This document shows, piece by piece, positions 27,516-37,675 of a stretch of 40,117 nucleotides of DNA. The number at the start of each line of letters is the position of its first letter. Within the stretch, counting starts at the first letter, position 1. The stretch is from NCBI GenBank assembly GCA_029858305.1, contig JAOUFI010000015.1, forward strand, positions 1 through 40,117, read 5' to 3'. Source of the stretch: Candidatus Thorarchaeota archaeon. Its GTDB lineage: Archaea > Asgardarchaeota > Thorarchaeia > Thorarchaeales > Thorarchaeaceae. The position numbers and the translations under genes are program-made. The notes under the pieces are model-generated. The model saw only the letters and a program-made list of their open reading frames with translations. It made no database searches and was not told the DNA's origin.

Positions 27516-29033
27516 TCATTCCTTACAGGGGTTGGGAAGGTCCGAAACGCTCTCCCATGGGATGGCGAGTCGACCTGGGTGTAGTATAAGATTCGGGTCG
27601 AGGACCTTGCGGAACTTGACCAGCATCTTGTAGTATTCCTTTGCTTTTGAGAAGGTTTCTGGAGCGTGAACGAACGGATCTGGTCTATAGTTGAGCCAGC
27701 CCTTCTTCAGGAAACTCCTTGTGGTCTCCAGATTGAACTCTCGAATCTTGTCATAAATGCCAGGCGCGGTGCTGTCGAAGCACAGGATTGGCATCACGAT
27801 TGCTTGTCTTGCATGATCGATGGAAGCAACCCACATCGTTTCGGGGAAGCCATACTCTGCCATCGCTGCACAGTACTCCTCCATCATAGCACTGGACTCG
27901 AGCCATGGACAGTACCAAGTAATGAACAAGAACCCGGCTTGCCAGAGTGAGTAAGGAACGGCAATCTTGTTGGGCTTCTTTAACCGTGAGGCAATTTGTT
28001 TTGGATGAAGTTGTTGTTGAGGAGTGGTGCGTTTTTCTCTGACCTCGTAGTCCTTGTAGATCTTGTCAATACCCTTCAGTGTGAAGTCAAGCTCCTCCTG
28101 AGTCCAAGCCCATACCTCGTAGTTCATCCACTTCTTATCCACGCCAATCTTCTTGTAGAATTCATAATCTGTTGGCACATTTGTCTTTGGCCAACGAGTC
28201 ATGACAAGTTCGTAGTTACCACCTTGAACCATTACTGTGCGCTCGCCAATACCCATCTCGTGTTTCGAGATCTCCCAGGCAGGCTTGACGACATCATCCC
28301 AGCTTTCTCCACCATATGCTACGACTGTTTTGAAGTGGGGATGGGGAACCATCTTGATCGCACACTTGGTGATAATACCCATTGAGCCTTGTGATCCTAA
28401 GAAGAGACCATCTGGATTAGGACCGACACCCCAGCGATAGAATGGCTTTGCACCCGGTAGTGCCCACGAACCCGTATGGAAAATTTCCCCGGTTGGCAGG
28501 ACTACCTCCAAACCCATGATCATATCAGCTTGAGGACCATAAACTCCAGTCACTAGGCTGAATCCTCGCTCGATCGCGTCTCCTAATACAGTGGCTGCAG
28601 GGGGAGCACCATCAGGAATTGGTGGTGCCCAGTCAGGATACTGAGTCTTGAAGATCCTCCAGGCATCGCCTGATTTCACACCTGGTTCGACCACCATGAC
28701 TCGGTTTTCCGTATCAACTGTCATCTTGTCCATGCGGGTCATGTCCATGTAGATACCGCCAGGCTGAATGGCTGGAAGGGCAAACCCTCCACTGAGACCA
28801 CCAGCTGCGGGTGTGACAGGGCACAAGTTCTCGTTGGCTAAAATGAGAATCTTGGAAACCTGCTCGGCATTCTCAGGCCTCACAATGACCTCAGGCAGTT
28901 CAGCTTCGAGACCCATAATGCCTTTCGCCATGTAACTGTGACGAAGGGGCTCACTGGTCGTGACGTATTTTTCGCCGCATATAGCGACCAGTTTCTTGAC
29001 CACATCGTCGGTGACCTTATTGTAGTTGCTCAC
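27516..29033 (-). CDS. FAD-binding oxidoreductase, VAO/PCMH/GlcD family
   Basis: VRP, VEPGV, TVLGDAIERG, GLEVVLPTGE, LFLGSQGSMGIITK, LDPNLILHPG. Confidence 0.9.
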   Translation of the reverse strand: MSNYNKVTDDVVKKLVAICGEKYVTTSEPLRHSYMAKGIMGLEAELPEVIVRPENAEQVSKILILANENLCPVTPAAGGLSGGFALPAIQPGGIYMDMTRMDKMTVDTENRVMVVEPGVKSGDAWRIFKTQYPDWAPPIPDGAPPAATVLGDAIERGFSLVTGVYGPQADMIMGLEVVLPTGEIFHTGSWALPGAKPFYRWGVGPNPDGLFLGSQGSMGIITKCAIKMVPHPHFKTVVAYGGESWDDVVKPAWEISKHEMGIGERTVMVQGGNYELVMTRWPKTNVPTDYEFYKKIGVDKKWMNYEVWAWTQEELDFTLKGIDKIYKDYEVREKRTTPQQQLHPKQIASRLKKPNKIAVPYSLWQAGFLFITWYCPWLESSAMMEEYCAAMAEYGFPETMWVASIDHARQAIVMPILCFDSTAPGIYDKIREFNLETTRSFLKKGWLNYRPDPFVHAPETFSKAKEYYKMLVKFRKVLDPNLILHPGRLAIPWESVSDLPNPCKE

Positions 29034-29201
29034 CTATAATCCTCCGTTATCAACCGTTAGGGCTGAATCGTGAATTGTCGAAAGCAGGTCTTGGCTGGAG
29101 AAATCCCTCATAAATAGGATTCGGCTGGTGATTCATCAAGGTGCAATATGGATGGTAAGGTAGATTAGTCCTCATGTCAAGGTTGAGATTGGGAGTCTCG
29201 T

Positions 29202-30314
29202 TTGAAAGATAGAGAATTATTGGCTATTCTAATCCTAAATGCACCCATAGCTCTTGCACTTACTTTGGCTATCTGGATATTTTTCAGACTTCCTAGAACC
29301 GAGCCCTTTTACTTCAGTTTGACATTCAGTTTCACGTATTATCTTCTGATTATGTTAGGATTTGGAGTTGAGAATTGGCTCTCCAAGGGAGGTGCTGTTC
29401 GGGATCAGATAAGGAAGACATTTCGTTTGAAAAAGCTAGAATTAAAGACCTCAGGAATTGCAGAGTTCTTTCATACAGATTTCACAATTCCTGAAAGACT
29501 AACGATTTCTTCATTTCTGATTGGATTAGCCATCAGTCTTGGTGCATGGACTCTATTTGGCCTTATCAAGACAGATATAGAATACAAAGTGCTGTGGTCG
29601 TTTTTAGCATTCATTGGTTCAGGCGTGGGATTTTGGTGGTATAGTTTACCAATCTCGATTCGATACTATAGGGAACCAATTGAGAAGAGAGACTCAGAGT
29701 TGAGAGTACTAAACTTGGAAGGAAAAAGCCTCACAGAGTTTAGTCTCGAGGAAGTTCCTGATCTCATGGAGATTCAGAAGATTAACTTGGGTCGAAATGA
29801 GTTAAAGGCAATCGACCTTGGTCCGTTGGCAGAAGATAGTAATCTGATTGACTTAATTCTGTACTGGAATCTACTGGAATCCATTGATCTTACCCCCTTG
29901 GCCTCTTGCCAAAATCTGGAGTACTTGGATTTGGCTGAAAATAATCTCGCAAGTATTAATCTCAGTCCACTTGCATCATGTAAGAAACTCAATGCACTTA
30001 ATTTGGGAGGAAACGAAATCGGTAGGATTGACCTGACGCCACTGTCGAAGCTACGAGAGCTGAAGATTTTAACGATAGATTGCATGAAGCTAAAAGAACT
30101 TGATTTGGAACCACTGAAGAACTGCAAAAATCTTGAGTTCTTGAAACTAAATGACAACGAGCTGAAAACTCTAGATGTCACGCCATTGTTCGGATGTAAA
30201 AAGTTGTCTGATTTTGAGATTGATAGCATAGAGCTCACGACAACATTGGATTCAGATAGTGAGATTTGGCCAAGAGGTGTGAAAAAGTTCAGGAAGAGAT
30301 TTCGCAAAACTTGA
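29202..30314 (+). CDS. Membrane protein with C-terminal leucine-rich repeats
   Basis: Four TM segments, then about seven 24-aa repeats LxxLxLxxNxLxxIDLxPL. Confidence 0.88.
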   Translation: MKDRELLAILILNAPIALALTLAIWIFFRLPRTEPFYFSLTFSFTYYLLIMLGFGVENWLSKGGAVRDQIRKTFRLKKLELKTSGIAEFFHTDFTIPERLTISSFLIGLAISLGAWTLFGLIKTDIEYKVLWSFLAFIGSGVGFWWYSLPISIRYYREPIEKRDSELRVLNLEGKSLTEFSLEEVPDLMEIQKINLGRNELKAIDLGPLAEDSNLIDLILYWNLLESIDLTPLASCQNLEYLDLAENNLASINLSPLASCKKLNALNLGGNEIGRIDLTPLSKLRELKILTIDCMKLKELDLEPLKNCKNLEFLKLNDNELKTLDVTPLFGCKKLSDFEIDSIELTTTLDSDSEIWPRGVKKFRKRFRKT

Positions 30315-30421
30315 ATTCATTAATCTCTCATTTCAAAGATTCTGTGACTCCCATTGTTACGCAGAAATAACAAGTTATTACTTGGAGGAAGAACAGAGCA
30401 ATCAACAGTGTAGTGGTTAAT

Positions 30422-31405
30422 ATGAAGATTGGCATCCAAATTGAGCCTCAGATGGGGTATACTTATGAAGAGATTGTGACCCTTGCCAAGGCTGCTGAAG
30501 ATGCAGGTTTTTACAGTTTCACAGTTTCGGATCACTTCTTTGGTAATATTCAGAGCGTAGAGAAGCAAGCTCATGATGCATGGACACTTCTTGCGTTATT
30601 AACCCCACAGACAGAACGTATTCGCCTTGGAACATTAGTTAGCTGTCATTCCTATAGAAATCCAGCACATCTAGCCAAGATTGTAGCGAACTTAGATTAT
30701 GCATCGAATGGAAGGATAGACTTTGGTATTGGAGCAGGCTGGAAGGAATCAGAGTATGAAGCCTATGGATACCCAATGCCTTCCAGTAAGACAAGAGTTC
30801 TCCAGCTAAGAGAGGCAATTCAAATTATCAATCTCCTCTGGACAGAAGAGAGACCAAGCTTTCAAGGAGAGTATTATAGTATCAAAGAAACAATGTTCTT
30901 ACCAAAGCCTGTACAGAAACCTCGGATTCCCATCTGGGTTGGAAATCAGAAACTGAAGACTCCCATTATGGAGGAAACAATAGCACGATATGCTGATGGA
31001 CTGAATTACGATTCCGAAACTCCAGAAGATTTTGCAGAGAAAAAGAAACGCATGAGAGATGCATGCGAGAAAGTAGGTCGGAACTTCGATGAACTGAAAT
31101 GGTCAATCTATCTTACAACGTCGGTAATTGGAGAGGATGCTGAGGATTTTGAGGAGAAGAAGCAGGAACTATTGAATCAACACTGGTTGTTTACAGAGAT
31201 AACTGACGAGTTAAAACCAAAGATCATAGAGATTATGCTTGCAAAGTCTATTTCGGGTACTGTAGATACAGCGATTGAGAAAATCTCTCAGTACAAAAAT
31301 GAAGCAGATATCATCATTTTGGGTCTTCCTATGATGGGCGACCTTCGTAAGAATGGATTAGACACCATCAAGATTCTGAAGGAACACATAGCAAAAAAGC
31401 TCTGA
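30422..31405 (+). CDS. LLM-class oxidoreductase, probably F420-dependent
   Basis: AEDAGF..VSDHF, RLGTLV, YRNP, GIGAGW..EY.AYG, PKPVQ.P.IPIWVG. Confidence 0.9.
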   Translation: MKIGIQIEPQMGYTYEEIVTLAKAAEDAGFYSFTVSDHFFGNIQSVEKQAHDAWTLLALLTPQTERIRLGTLVSCHSYRNPAHLAKIVANLDYASNGRIDFGIGAGWKESEYEAYGYPMPSSKTRVLQLREAIQIINLLWTEERPSFQGEYYSIKETMFLPKPVQKPRIPIWVGNQKLKTPIMEETIARYADGLNYDSETPEDFAEKKKRMRDACEKVGRNFDELKWSIYLTTSVIGEDAEDFEEKKQELLNQHWLFTEITDELKPKIIEIMLAKSISGTVDTAIEKISQYKNEADIIILGLPMMGDLRKNGLDTIKILKEHIAKKL

Positions 31406-31576
31406 TGCTATACGGAAATCTACAATATTATAATGGTCAGAATTATGATTTTGAATATTTATAAACGGTATATCTTAATTCTAAGGCCTATGATGCCTTT
31501 TTGATATCAGGATTATTGATTCTTCAAAATGGACATTATATAGAAAGAACGGGTGAGGAATATTCAGGTGATTTGT

Positions 31577-31864
31577 TTGAACGCACGCATCACAGACACA
31601 GAATATGACCAAAATGAAATCGTTAACACTGTCCCACCTGAGATTGAGGATACAATCCTGCTATCTTTTGGACATGCAATCGTAGAATTCGAAAACACTC
31701 TCTACCATAAGTTCCAGCATCTGACAAGAGGAATTGTTCTGACAAAGAAAGAATTCATTGACCATCTCGAAAATATGGAAGAACGAAGCCTGGTCGTATC
31801 AGGTATATTCCTTGGAAAGAAATGTTGGGCTTTGGGAGCAGACGGATCTAACATTTGGGACTAG
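31577..31864 (+). CDS. Hypothetical protein, possible winged helix
   Basis: TTG after GGTGA; LENMEERSLV...KKCW resembles a recognition helix and wing. Confidence 0.55.
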   Translation: MNARITDTEYDQNEIVNTVPPEIEDTILLSFGHAIVEFENTLYHKFQHLTRGIVLTKKEFIDHLENMEERSLVVSGIFLGKKCWALGADGSNIWD

Positions 31865-31984
31865 ATTAATTACTCATTAGAATCGAATAGGACTCGCGCA
31901 GAAAATCTTGCGTCGAACACCATTCATATTCTACTCTTAGTGGTTACACTGGATCATCTAATAGTGATATCCGGTGATGAATGG

Positions 31985-32986
31985 TTGAAACACACTCGTT
32001 TAGTCCCAATCTTTATTCTATCTCTCTTCCTGTTGGCTGGAGTTGTGTCTGGTGCAGGAACCACTCAAACTACAGAAATTCGAAACATAGATTTCATGTT
32101 AGAAAGTGGTGCATTATCAGATCTTAGTGGTATAACCGTGGGAATCTATGAGAGTTATATGAACTATGTTGATTTGCGCGTCAACGAGAGCCGTACTGCT
32201 CTAGTCAATATGTTCACATGGATGAATGCAAGTATCATTGTTTTCAACACTACGGACCTCTTGAATGGAGTGCTTTGGGCATGTGAGGTTCTAGCGATTC
32301 CTGAAGGACTTGGACCAACAATTGAGAACAGACTTACAGATGCAGGAATACAAACAATCCAAAATTGGGTCGCGCACGGAGGTTCATACATAGGAGTTAG
32401 AGGTAGTGCAGCTATTGCTGTAAGAGATTCATATTTCGAAGGTGCAAATACGACCTTTGATTTAGCTCTCATTAATGGTACGTCAATTGAAGTCACAGAA
32501 TTTCCTGATGAAGTCATGACAAACGTATCGATCAATGTTGAGTGTTCTGAACCTAACCTATCACAGATGCCTGACAAGCTCTCAGTCCTCTTCGAAACTG
32601 GAAGATACTTCGTTCCGCATGAGGGACAGGAGATCATTACCATTGCAAACTACACCCATAATAACGTACCAGCAATGATAGCCGCCGAGTATGGGAAAGG
32701 AAATCTGTTTATCTCGAGCCCACACTTCGAGTATGAGGAGAATGATGACAGGGATGGAACAGATTACAAAGATGAATTTGATGATACTGATTCAGAATGG
32801 CCATTGCTACTGACGATAACTCGATGGCTTATCGATTCATCGCCAAACGTAGCGAACATTACATCGTGGCCATATACTGGATCAACAAATACTCAATATC
32901 AATTGCCAATTGATTTGATTCTAGTCAGTGGGGGACTTGGTATAGTGATAGTAATAGTAGCAATCGTTTTCGCAAAGCGGCGGTGA
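31985..32986 (+). CDS. Surface-anchored BPL-N/class I GATase-like protein
   Basis: TTG after GGTGA; signal peptide; IQNWVAHGGSYIG, YGKG.LF.SSPHFE; C-terminal TM plus KRR. Confidence 0.8.
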   Translation: MKHTRLVPIFILSLFLLAGVVSGAGTTQTTEIRNIDFMLESGALSDLSGITVGIYESYMNYVDLRVNESRTALVNMFTWMNASIIVFNTTDLLNGVLWACEVLAIPEGLGPTIENRLTDAGIQTIQNWVAHGGSYIGVRGSAAIAVRDSYFEGANTTFDLALINGTSIEVTEFPDEVMTNVSINVECSEPNLSQMPDKLSVLFETGRYFVPHEGQEIITIANYTHNNVPAMIAAEYGKGNLFISSPHFEYEENDDRDGTDYKDEFDDTDSEWPLLLTITRWLIDSSPNVANITSWPYTGSTNTQYQLPIDLILVSGGLGIVIVIVAIVFAKRR

Positions 32987-33204
32987 GAGATGGACTACTC
33001 TGTGTGTATCTGTTCCCAGGTCCTGATGGAATCAGAATCGTATTCTGGAGAATATTTCATTTGTGAAAAGAAAGCGCGTACCGCTGTCTTCCCAATGCGG
33101 AGGACTCGGCTGTTACAATCTTATTGAGGAATTATGGAGTCACATCGAACTAGCTGCATTCAGTCATCTGAAATGGTTAGTTTGGCTTCCTGCCTAATAG
33201 AGAA

Positions 33205-34431
33205 CTAGCGGAATTTTCGATAGTAAATGATGATGACTGCAATCACAGGCATTGAAACTGCTAGAATAATTCCTACTTGTAATGGGTCAAAGCCAATAGC
33301 TGTAGCATCATTCACCGCAGCCATGATGTAATCACGGAACATCTGGGGATTTTCATCATAATCATTGATACCATATCCTGATGTGAAAACAGCAATGAGA
33401 TCATGCTCAGGGGATACAAAGATATATTGACCATACAGGCCTGCTGCATAATAAACATCCAGATCGGGCATGGTGTGCCACTGTGCAGCATAACCATGTG
33501 TTGAGGTTAGCATCGTGACTGTTGTTGTTGTATTTATGACCCACTCTTCAGACAGAAGTTCCTCAGTTCCCCAGGTGCCATTATTTAGGTATAGATAACC
33601 GAGCTTTGCCATGTCCAAAGGCTTCAGCTGAAGATCATAACCTCCAAAGTTTACACCCTTTGCATCGGAAGTCCAGTAGACAGGGGATATGTTAAGAGGA
33701 TTGAATAGATTCTCTGTTGCGAATTCCAACGTTGTCATACCAGTTGTTTCTTGAACAATGCCTGATAGTAGATGTGATGCTCCGGTGTTGTAGAGAAAGG
33801 TTGTCCCTGGATTGTACTCCATTGGCCTATCGAGTACGTATTGAACTCCTCCGCTAGAGTTGAAATTAACTTGGTATACATCATTTCGTACATCATTGAA
33901 GGGATATGTAGTTTCATCCCAAGGCAGACCACTTCTCATTGTAAGGAGGTCCCATAATGTCATCTGCTCCTTTCTTTCGTCGACATTAGAGAATGTCATG
34001 TCAGGGAAGAAGGATAAGACATCCTGACTCGTGTTGTCAATATATCCCTGATAAAGTGCCATTCCGATAAGACATGAAGAGAAACTTTTCGTGACAGAAT
34101 AGAGATAGTGTGTTCCTTGAGATGACATTGTACGCGACTGACCTTGGTATGGATTGGGATATTCCTCGAGAACTACGTATCCATGACGAATGACAATCAC
34201 AGAGTGGACATCCAAATCAGAGCTGACAATATGATTGACCATTTCTTGCAATCTAATTGAACTCATACCCTGTTCCTCGGGAGTTGAATTCCTCCAGCCT
34301 AAAGTAGGCCAGTAATCCCCGGAAGTGGGCTCCGCTATGTTCTCGGCACTCACCATGTACTCAGAAGAAGTCAGTGCTGTCGTAAGTAGTATACAAAGGA
34401 TAAGAATCACGATGATCTGCCGTATTTTCAT
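33205..34431 (-). CDS. Serine hydrolase, beta-lactamase/AmpC family, membrane-anchored
   Basis: SVTK, LLTMRSG, PG..FLYNT, AAGLYGQ; signal peptide from ATG 34431; C-terminal TM plus RKFR. Confidence 0.92.
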   Translation of the reverse strand: MKIRQIIVILILCILLTTALTSSEYMVSAENIAEPTSGDYWPTLGWRNSTPEEQGMSSIRLQEMVNHIVSSDLDVHSVIVIRHGYVVLEEYPNPYQGQSRTMSSQGTHYLYSVTKSFSSCLIGMALYQGYIDNTSQDVLSFFPDMTFSNVDERKEQMTLWDLLTMRSGLPWDETTYPFNDVRNDVYQVNFNSSGGVQYVLDRPMEYNPGTTFLYNTGASHLLSGIVQETTGMTTLEFATENLFNPLNISPVYWTSDAKGVNFGGYDLQLKPLDMAKLGYLYLNNGTWGTEELLSEEWVINTTTTVTMLTSTHGYAAQWHTMPDLDVYYAAGLYGQYIFVSPEHDLIAVFTSGYGINDYDENPQMFRDYIMAAVNDATAIGFDPLQVGIILAVSMPVIAVIIIYYRKFR

Positions 34432-34648
34432 ACGGTGAATCTTATTTTCTAAGCATCTCATGGTCCAATCATGTAGGAGTAAACAACTGGCAAATATAAC
34501 TTGACTCACTCAAGCAGAAACAGCTTTTACTAGCAAGATCGTCCACGAAAAGGTTCATTCAGGTTTTGTATAAACTCAGGTAATGAGTCAAAACCATTCT
34601 GTGTCAATTTATTCGTTGCTATGTTTGAAACCTTGCTAATTTAGCATA

Positions 34649-36331
34649 CTAGAAAATCTTTGGTTCCTCCCACTCACCCCATAGCTCTCGCCAGATATCA
34701 AAGATTTCGCCAATGGAGGCATACTCCTTGACACACTTGACAATATGAGGCATGACATTCTCTGTCCCTTCAGAAGCCTTCCTGAGGCCATCCAGAGCCT
34801 CCTGTACCTTTCTATTGTCGCGATCTCGCTTTGTCTTGTGAAGACGCTCAATTTGTTTCCGCTCCACTTCAGGATCAATCTTGAGAACAGGTATGGTGAT
34901 TTCTTCGCCCTCGAGAATGTATTCATTCACACCCACGATGATACGGTCTCCGCTCTCTACCTCTCGTTGATAACGATATGAGGCTTCAGCAATTTCCCGC
35001 TGGAAAAATCCCTTCTCAATGGCCGCTATTACGCCACCCAGCGCATCAACCTGTTCGAAGTACTTGTATGCTTCTTCTTCCATATCATTGGTGAGAGTTT
35101 CTACATAGTATGAGCCAGCAAGAGGGTCTATTGTATTGGCTGCTCCACTCTCATGAGCAAGTACCTGTTGAGTTCTTAGAGCAATTCGAACTGCATCCTC
35201 CGTTGGGAGACATAATGCTTCATCCATGCTATTTGTGTGCAATGATTGAGTGCCACCTAGGACTGCTGCGAGAGCCTGATATGCAGTCCTCACAACATTG
35301 ACCTTTGGTTGCTGTGCAGTGAGCGAACATCCAGCAGTCTGAGTATGGAACCGCATCCAGAGAGAACGGTCTTTTTTCGCTCCAAAGGTCTCCTTCATTT
35401 CTCGAGCCCAAATCCGCCGTGCAGCACGATACTTTGCTACCTCTTCGAAGATGTCATTGTGAGCATTAAAGAAGAACGATAGGCGCGGAGCGAAGGCATC
35501 AACATCAAGTCCGTGTTGAATGCCGACCTTCACGTACTCCATCCCATTGAGAAGTGTGAAGGCTAATTCTTGAGCAGCTGTAGAACCTGCCTCTCGAATA
35601 TGATAACCTGAGATTGAAATCGTATTCCATCGTGGAATGTGTTCGGTCGAGTATTCCATGATATCCCCGATAATTCGGAGCGATGGTTTGGGAGCCAGAA
35701 TCCATGACTTCTGCGCCATATACTCCTTTAAAATATCATTCTGAATCGTACCTCCAATTTTATCTGATGACACACCCTGCTTTGCTGCCGCAACCATATA
35801 CATTGCTAGCAGTATTGATGCGGGGGCGTTGATTGTCATGGAGGTAGTTACCTCATCAAGTGGAATGCCCGCAAAGAGTAGCTCCATATCCCGAAGAGTG
35901 TCAATCGCAACACCAAGCTTTCCTACCTCTCCCAATGAGAAGGGATGGTCTGACTCACGGGCAAAGATTGTTGGCAGATGAAAAGCAACACTAATCCCAG
36001 TATTTCCGTTAGCCAACAGAAACTTGTACCGAGCATTCGACTCTTCTGCCGTTCCCATTCCTGCAAATTGACGCATGGTCCATAGCTGACCACGGTACAT
36101 GGTGGGTTGAACACCTCTGGTGAAAGGATACTCACTTGGAAAACCTAAGTCCCGTAGATAATCAAATTTCGGTATATCGAGAGGGGTATAGAGAATCTTG
36201 ACAGGCCTGCTGGATGTCGTGACAAACTCCTTACGACGATCACCATGTTTCTCTCTATGAGGATGAATCGTTTCTTTCTCCCATTTGCGATAGTTTTTCT
36301 TAATATCGTCCAAATTCCTCTCGGTACCCAT
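34649..36331 (-). CDS. Acyl-CoA mutase large subunit, isobutyryl-CoA-mutase-like
   Basis: WTMRQFAGM (Phe), KEYMAQKSW (Gln), [19 protein letters not shown]. Confidence 0.88.
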   Translation of the reverse strand: MGTERNLDDIKKNYRKWEKETIHPHREKHGDRRKEFVTTSSRPVKILYTPLDIPKFDYLRDLGFPSEYPFTRGVQPTMYRGQLWTMRQFAGMGTAEESNARYKFLLANGNTGISVAFHLPTIFARESDHPFSLGEVGKLGVAIDTLRDMELLFAGIPLDEVTTSMTINAPASILLAMYMVAAAKQGVSSDKIGGTIQNDILKEYMAQKSWILAPKPSLRIIGDIMEYSTEHIPRWNTISISGYHIREAGSTAAQELAFTLLNGMEYVKVGIQHGLDVDAFAPRLSFFFNAHNDIFEEVAKYRAARRIWAREMKETFGAKKDRSLWMRFHTQTAGCSLTAQQPKVNVVRTAYQALAAVLGGTQSLHTNSMDEALCLPTEDAVRIALRTQQVLAHESGAANTIDPLAGSYYVETLTNDMEEEAYKYFEQVDALGGVIAAIEKGFFQREIAEASYRYQREVESGDRIIVGVNEYILEGEEITIPVLKIDPEVERKQIERLHKTKRDRDNRKVQEALDGLRKASEGTENVMPHIVKCVKEYASIGEIFDIWRELWGEWEEPKIF

Positions 36332-36411
36332 TGCGAGCTCCTCCGTACTGATACACGACCCCGAACACGTACTAGATATTAACTGTTCGATTTGGGGCCT
36401 TTCATGTCTTT

Positions 36412-36972
36412 CTAGAATTCAAAGCCTTTTCTAGCCAAGGTCTTCTGTGCTGAGAAATAATGCTTGATTTCTCTCATCTCTGTTACAAGATCCGCAGCAT
36501 CAATGACCTCTTGTCGAGCATACCGCCCGGTCATTATTAATTCAATATCAACTGGTTTATTGCTGATGAGCTGAAGCTGGTCTTCAAGAGAGATGAGATT
36601 CCACTCAACTGCAACATTAATCTCATCGAGAATTAGAAGATCACATTTGTGTTCCTGAAGGGCTTCTTGAGCCATCTTGAGACCATCTTGAGCCATTTGA
36701 ATATCTATTGGGTCGGGATTCTCCTTATCCACAAAGGTTTCTCGTCCCATTGGGAAAATTGTGAAATTAGGAATCATTTCTGCTGAACGAAACTCACCAT
36801 AGTTGATGTCTTCCTTATCACCGCGAATAGCTATCTTTGCTTTCATAAAAGAGATTACTAACACCTGTAAACCATGTCCTGCAGCTCTGAAACCCGCACC
36901 AAGAGCACAGGTGGTTTTTCCCTTTCCATTTCCAGTATATACTTGAACTAGCCCAGGAGCTGTTAGGTTCAT
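36412..36972 (-). CDS. cobO: Cob(I)alamin adenosyltransferase (CobO/BtuR/CobA type)
   Basis: [35 protein letters not shown]. Confidence 0.93.
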   Translation of the reverse strand: MNLTAPGLVQVYTGNGKGKTTCALGAGFRAAGHGLQVLVISFMKAKIAIRGDKEDINYGEFRSAEMIPNFTIFPMGRETFVDKENPDPIDIQMAQDGLKMAQEALQEHKCDLLILDEINVAVEWNLISLEDQLQLISNKPVDIELIMTGRYARQEVIDAADLVTEMREIKHYFSAQKTLARKGFEF

Positions 36973-37616
36973 TTTCGTCCCCCAGAAGATTTGATCAAGA
37001 GTGCCACATTAGCTACTCGCTTACCAAGAAGTACGCTGCCCTGCACAGCCAAGACATCCTCGGAGGCAGATCGCCACTTTCCTTCATCGGTTTGAAGACT
37101 ACCAGAGCCAAATGTGCCATGCTTAACTGGACTCCCAACTGCACCAACGACAATCATACCTTGTCCAAGTGCATAGCGATTCAAGGCATCAACTATATGT
37201 TCTTGGCCACCGTATCTAAGTCCTGCATATGTAATTGCGCCAAAGACCGTATTCTTCAGTTGATGATCAAGCATCTTCATAGCTCGAGACCTATCTATGA
37301 AGTCCTTCAATACTCCAGGTACCGAAGTGAAATAGGAAGGTGCAGCAATGATTATTCCATCAGCCAAACGTAGCTTTTCTTCGAGTTTGGGCATATCATC
37401 TTGCTCACTCTGAGGGCATGGCAATTTTCTTACGCAAGAATCACATCCCGTACAATGCCGTATGTCAAATTCGCTGATATTCAGAATCACTGTTTCAATA
37501 GGCTCAGCTAGTCCAGACAATTCATCTTTTGCGGCGTCTATAGCTTTTGTGAGAAGATATCGGGTATTCGACTTCTCATGTTTTGGGGATCCAGAAATGC
37601 CAACAATGAACATCAA
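36969..37616 (-). CDS. Iron-sulfur flavoprotein (Isf-like, flavodoxin fold)
   Basis: GSP..SNT, CTGCDSC....C, DDM, PSYF, K.FIDR, GGQE; 4-bp overlap with cobO. Confidence 0.9.
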   Translation of the reverse strand: MMFIVGISGSPKHEKSNTRYLLTKAIDAAKDELSGLAEPIETVILNISEFDIRHCTGCDSCVRKLPCPQSEQDDMPKLEEKLRLADGIIIAAPSYFTSVPGVLKDFIDRSRAMKMLDHQLKNTVFGAITYAGLRYGGQEHIVDALNRYALGQGMIVVGAVGSPVKHGTFGSGSLQTDEGKWRSASEDVLAVQGSVLLGKRVANVALLIKSSGGRK

Positions 37617-37675
37617 TAGAACACTCCAAGAGTGTGAGTTAAGCCACTCATGAGCTACTTTTGTCTTTCGTCACA

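Noticed and set aside
29774-30307. 177-aa minus-strand ORF
   Set aside because: Antisense shadow of the LRR repeats.
32990-33127. 45-aa ORF MDYSVCICSQ...LLQSY after the BPL-N gene
   Set aside because: Short, no recognisable family or motif; compatible with chance.
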